Assembly: GCA_028697345.1 (NCBI GenBank)
Contig: JAQVFF010000002.1
Location: 1-36,590, forward strand
DNA: 36,590 bases
Direction: 5' to 3'
DNA from: Candidatus Shapirobacteria bacterium
GTDB lineage: Bacteria > Patescibacteriota > Microgenomatia > 0-14-0-10-38-17
The notes under the pieces were generated by a model that ran no database searches, was not told the DNA's origin, and was given only the letters and a program-made list of their open reading frames with translations. A program made the position numbers and the translations under genes. Below, in pieces: positions 34,521 to 36,590 of the stretch; positions within the stretch are counted from its first letter, which is position 1; each line of letters opens with the position of its first letter.

Positions 34521-34593
34521 AGATAATTCTTTCTTATTCTGTCGTGGGAGAATAGCCCAGTCTCATTTTTTATTGTTTATTACTTAGTTTGGG

Positions 34594-35607
34594 ATGAAAA
34601 AAATGAACAAATTTGAGCGATTGAGGTTGTTTCTTTCCTCGATTCAGGAGCCTAGTTATCGTTTTGATCAGATTATTGGCAGCATTTTTTTAAAAAAAGA
34701 AGCCGATTTTGAATCGATGTTTTTTTTATCAAAAGAACTGCGGTCAAAACTAAAACAGGAATTTACCCCCTTCTTAGCGGTTAGTCGGGTTGGTGAAAAA
34801 GTTTCTTCTCAAGGGGAAAAAGTGCTATTTTCTTTATTCGATTCTGAAAAAATAGAATCGGTTAAAATGATTTATCGTGATTGGCAGTCTTTTTGTCTTT
34901 CTTCTCAGGTTGGTTGTTTAACGAACTGTCTTTTTTGCGCCACCGGGAAAATGGGCTTTAAACGTAATTTGACCACTGATGAAATTGTTGATCAGCTGCT
35001 TTATTTTCATCTTAAAGGAGAAGAGATTGATACGATTTCTTTTATGGGTATGGGTGAACCATTAGCTAATCCTAATTTTTTTGAAGCCTTAGGCGTTTTG
35101 ACTGCTTCTCAATTTTTTAATATTAGTCAAAGAAAGATAAATATTTCTACGGTGGGTTTCTTACCAACACTAAAACAACTGATTAATGATTTTCCCTCAA
35201 TAAACGTTGCCTTGTCCTTGAATAATCCATTTCCCCAGGAAAGACAACGCCTAATGCCTATTGAAAAAAGGTTTCCTCTTAAAAAAGTATTACCAATTTT
35301 AACTTATCATGCCCGAAAAAATAGACGAAAAATCTTTTTGGCCTACATTCTTTTTTCTGGTGTCAATGATGCCCCCAGGCATATTCAGGGCTTATCTGGA
35401 TTAATCCGTGACCAAGGTGAAGCCGCTTATTTATATCATGTTAATTTAATTGATTATCATCCAGTTGCTGGTTGCTCTTTGACTGCTTCCGGGCGAAAAA
35501 AAATGACCTGGTTTAAAAGCCAATTAGAAAAACAAGGTATCAAAACAACTATTCGCCGCTCGCTAGGACTATCTTTTCAAGGCGCCTGTGGTCAACTAAG
35601 AACTTAG
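34594..35607 (+). CDS. rlmN: 23S rRNA/tRNA (adenine-C2)-methyltransferase, RlmN/Cfr radical SAM family
   Basis: Motifs present are SSQVGCLTNCLFCATG (CX3CX2C), GMGEPLAN, and the C-terminal catalytic Cys in GACGQL. Confidence 0.9.
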   Translation: MKKMNKFERLRLFLSSIQEPSYRFDQIIGSIFLKKEADFESMFFLSKELRSKLKQEFTPFLAVSRVGEKVSSQGEKVLFSLFDSEKIESVKMIYRDWQSFCLSSQVGCLTNCLFCATGKMGFKRNLTTDEIVDQLLYFHLKGEEIDTISFMGMGEPLANPNFFEALGVLTASQFFNISQRKINISTVGFLPTLKQLINDFPSINVALSLNNPFPQERQRLMPIEKRFPLKKVLPILTYHARKNRRKIFLAYILFSGVNDAPRHIQGLSGLIRDQGEAAYLYHVNLIDYHPVAGCSLTASGRKKMTWFKSQLEKQGIKTTIRRSLGLSFQGACGQLRT

Positions 35608-35659
35608 CTGTTAATTATTATTTTCCCGATACAACCCTGTTATGTTAAAATTGTTTTAA

Positions 35660-36097
35660 ATGATGAAGGAGAATGGGACTTTAATTACTTTGTTTGTTTT
35701 AGTATTTCTAATTTTAGGTATTTTTTGGTGGCTTAATCGACAAGGCGAAGATCTGACCCCAACCCTGCTAACTACTACCTCATCAACTCCGGCCGTTGAG
35801 ACCGATGAGACTGCTATTAAAAACGATCTGTTAAAAAATTATAACCAATCTCAGGATAAAATGGAATTTAATCTTTTAGAGGTTGTCAATAACTATGCTC
35901 GTGGTTTAGTTAGTTTTTCAGAAGATAGTCGGGTTTGGTTGTGGTTGGCATATCGGGAACAAGAATCCGAACAATGGCGAATACTCCATGACGGCCAAGG
36001 ACTGGTTGGCTGTCAGGTTTTAGAACAGGCTGATTTTCCAAGTAGTTTAGCGGCTGAGTGTTGGGATCAAGAAAGAAACCAACTAGTTACCCGATAA
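35660..36097 (+). CDS. N-terminally anchored hypothetical protein
   Basis: It has a single N-terminal TM (LITLFVLVFLILGIFWWL). No family recognised. Confidence 0.55.
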   Translation: MMKENGTLITLFVLVFLILGIFWWLNRQGEDLTPTLLTTTSSTPAVETDETAIKNDLLKNYNQSQDKMEFNLLEVVNNYARGLVSFSEDSRVWLWLAYREQESEQWRILHDGQGLVGCQVLEQADFPSSLAAECWDQERNQLVTR

Positions 36098-36136
36098 ATG
36101 AAGCGGCTCCTTTTAAGAAGATTATTTGGCCGATTC

Positions 36137-36445
36137 TTACCTGTTAATTAATTTTTCTTTATATTCTTTGATTTGTATTATTGTTTGTTTTCTTATTGTT
36201 GTTAAAACCGACAGTAAATCTTTTCCTTGGGCTTTGGCGAAGATTTGACCTTTCTCTGGCAGGTTAAGCTTTAAGCTAGCACCAAAACCCCAGCGAGCGC
36301 CTTTTTTAAGGGTTAATCGAGCAATCCTAATCCCTCGATTAAATTTCTCCAAATATTTATCAATTTTTTGACCAAGATGCTTATCGGCCAGCTCCTTGAT
36401 TTTAGTGTTAATTGACAGTTTGTCTCCGGTAATAATTAGTTTCAT
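36137..36445 (-). CDS. hpf: Ribosome hibernation promoting factor / RaiA (short form)
   Basis: The sequence MKLIITGDKLSINTKIKELADKHLGQKIDKYL fits the S30AE/sigma-54 modulation protein family. I chose the ATG at 36445; the track begins at an upstream in-frame TTG. Confidence 0.8.
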   Translation of the reverse strand: MKLIITGDKLSINTKIKELADKHLGQKIDKYLEKFNRGIRIARLTLKKGARWGFGASLKLNLPEKGQIFAKAQGKDLLSVLTTIRKQTIIQIKEYKEKLINR

Positions 36446-36590
36446 GTTTTTAGTAACGCAATAAAGCGGCCGCCTCAAGAGTGTTATTTTTACTTTTTGA
36501 TCCAGGATAATAATTTGGCCATTGGCAGTTAAAACCTGATGAACTAACCAAGGAGCAATGTTATTAACTAATCGCGAACCTTGGACAGGA

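Noticed and set aside
1-36590. Genome-wide TGA reassignment (genetic code 25, or code 4-like) as the explanation for the in-frame TGA in DUF5320
   Set aside because: Long ORFs of 905, 718, 648, 645 and 536 aa are uninterrupted. TGA also terminates at least six well-delimited genes (for example at 1569, 2375, 28488, 32795, 33128 and 34520). The standard bacterial code fits the window.

Overview
This is a low-GC (roughly 38-40% by eye), densely coded bacterial chromosome segment with about 48 protein-coding genes. I found no rRNA, tRNA, CRISPR array, transposase or integrase.

The window has very strong AAGGAGGTGA Shine-Dalgarno sites, mostly TAA stops (TGA is rare but is used as a stop), many small N-terminally anchored proteins with no recognisable domain, and many DUF-type genes. 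Together these suggest a small-genome, CPR/Patescibacteria-like organism (inference only).

Layout:
- 1-2.7 kb: a compact operon of a truncated ORF, an SPL/COG1533-type radical SAM enzyme, a protein with an RNxxxH (HEPN-like) motif, and a small 3-TM protein.
- 2.9-16.9 kb: mixed accessory and hypothetical genes. These are DUF5655, an FkbM methyltransferase, a DUF2178/XRE/HEAT trio, DUF5680, ASCH, an orphan soluble histidine kinase, a THUMP-type RNA methyltransferase, a Tat-signal secreted protein and several anchored low-complexity proteins.
- 17-33 kb: a metal-centred neighbourhood. It holds a CDF transporter with a fused Cys-rich ribbon tail, a Ca/Mg-type P-type ATPase, a cupin, DUF134, DUF5320, DUF4870, a csoR / membrane HMA-like / copA operon with a readable promoter and operator, DUF2207 and a ZIP transporter. 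Two tandem GH130 glycoside-phosphorylase genes interrupt it.
- 31.6-36.5 kb: housekeeping and stress genes, namely an RRM RNA-binding protein, YtxH-like, Hsp20, CarD-like, rlmN and hpf.

Most notable observations:
- The DUF5320 gene has a perfect RBS but a single in-frame TGA exactly where homologues, as I recall them, carry a conserved Cys. It is either a selenocysteine candidate or a fresh nonsense mutation.
- The radical-SAM/HEPN-like operon.
- The copper operon, in which CopZ is replaced by a membrane protein with a CxxH HMA-like domain.
- The CDF transporter's Cys-ribbon fusion.

All family names come from motif recognition by eye. No searches or folding programs were run.
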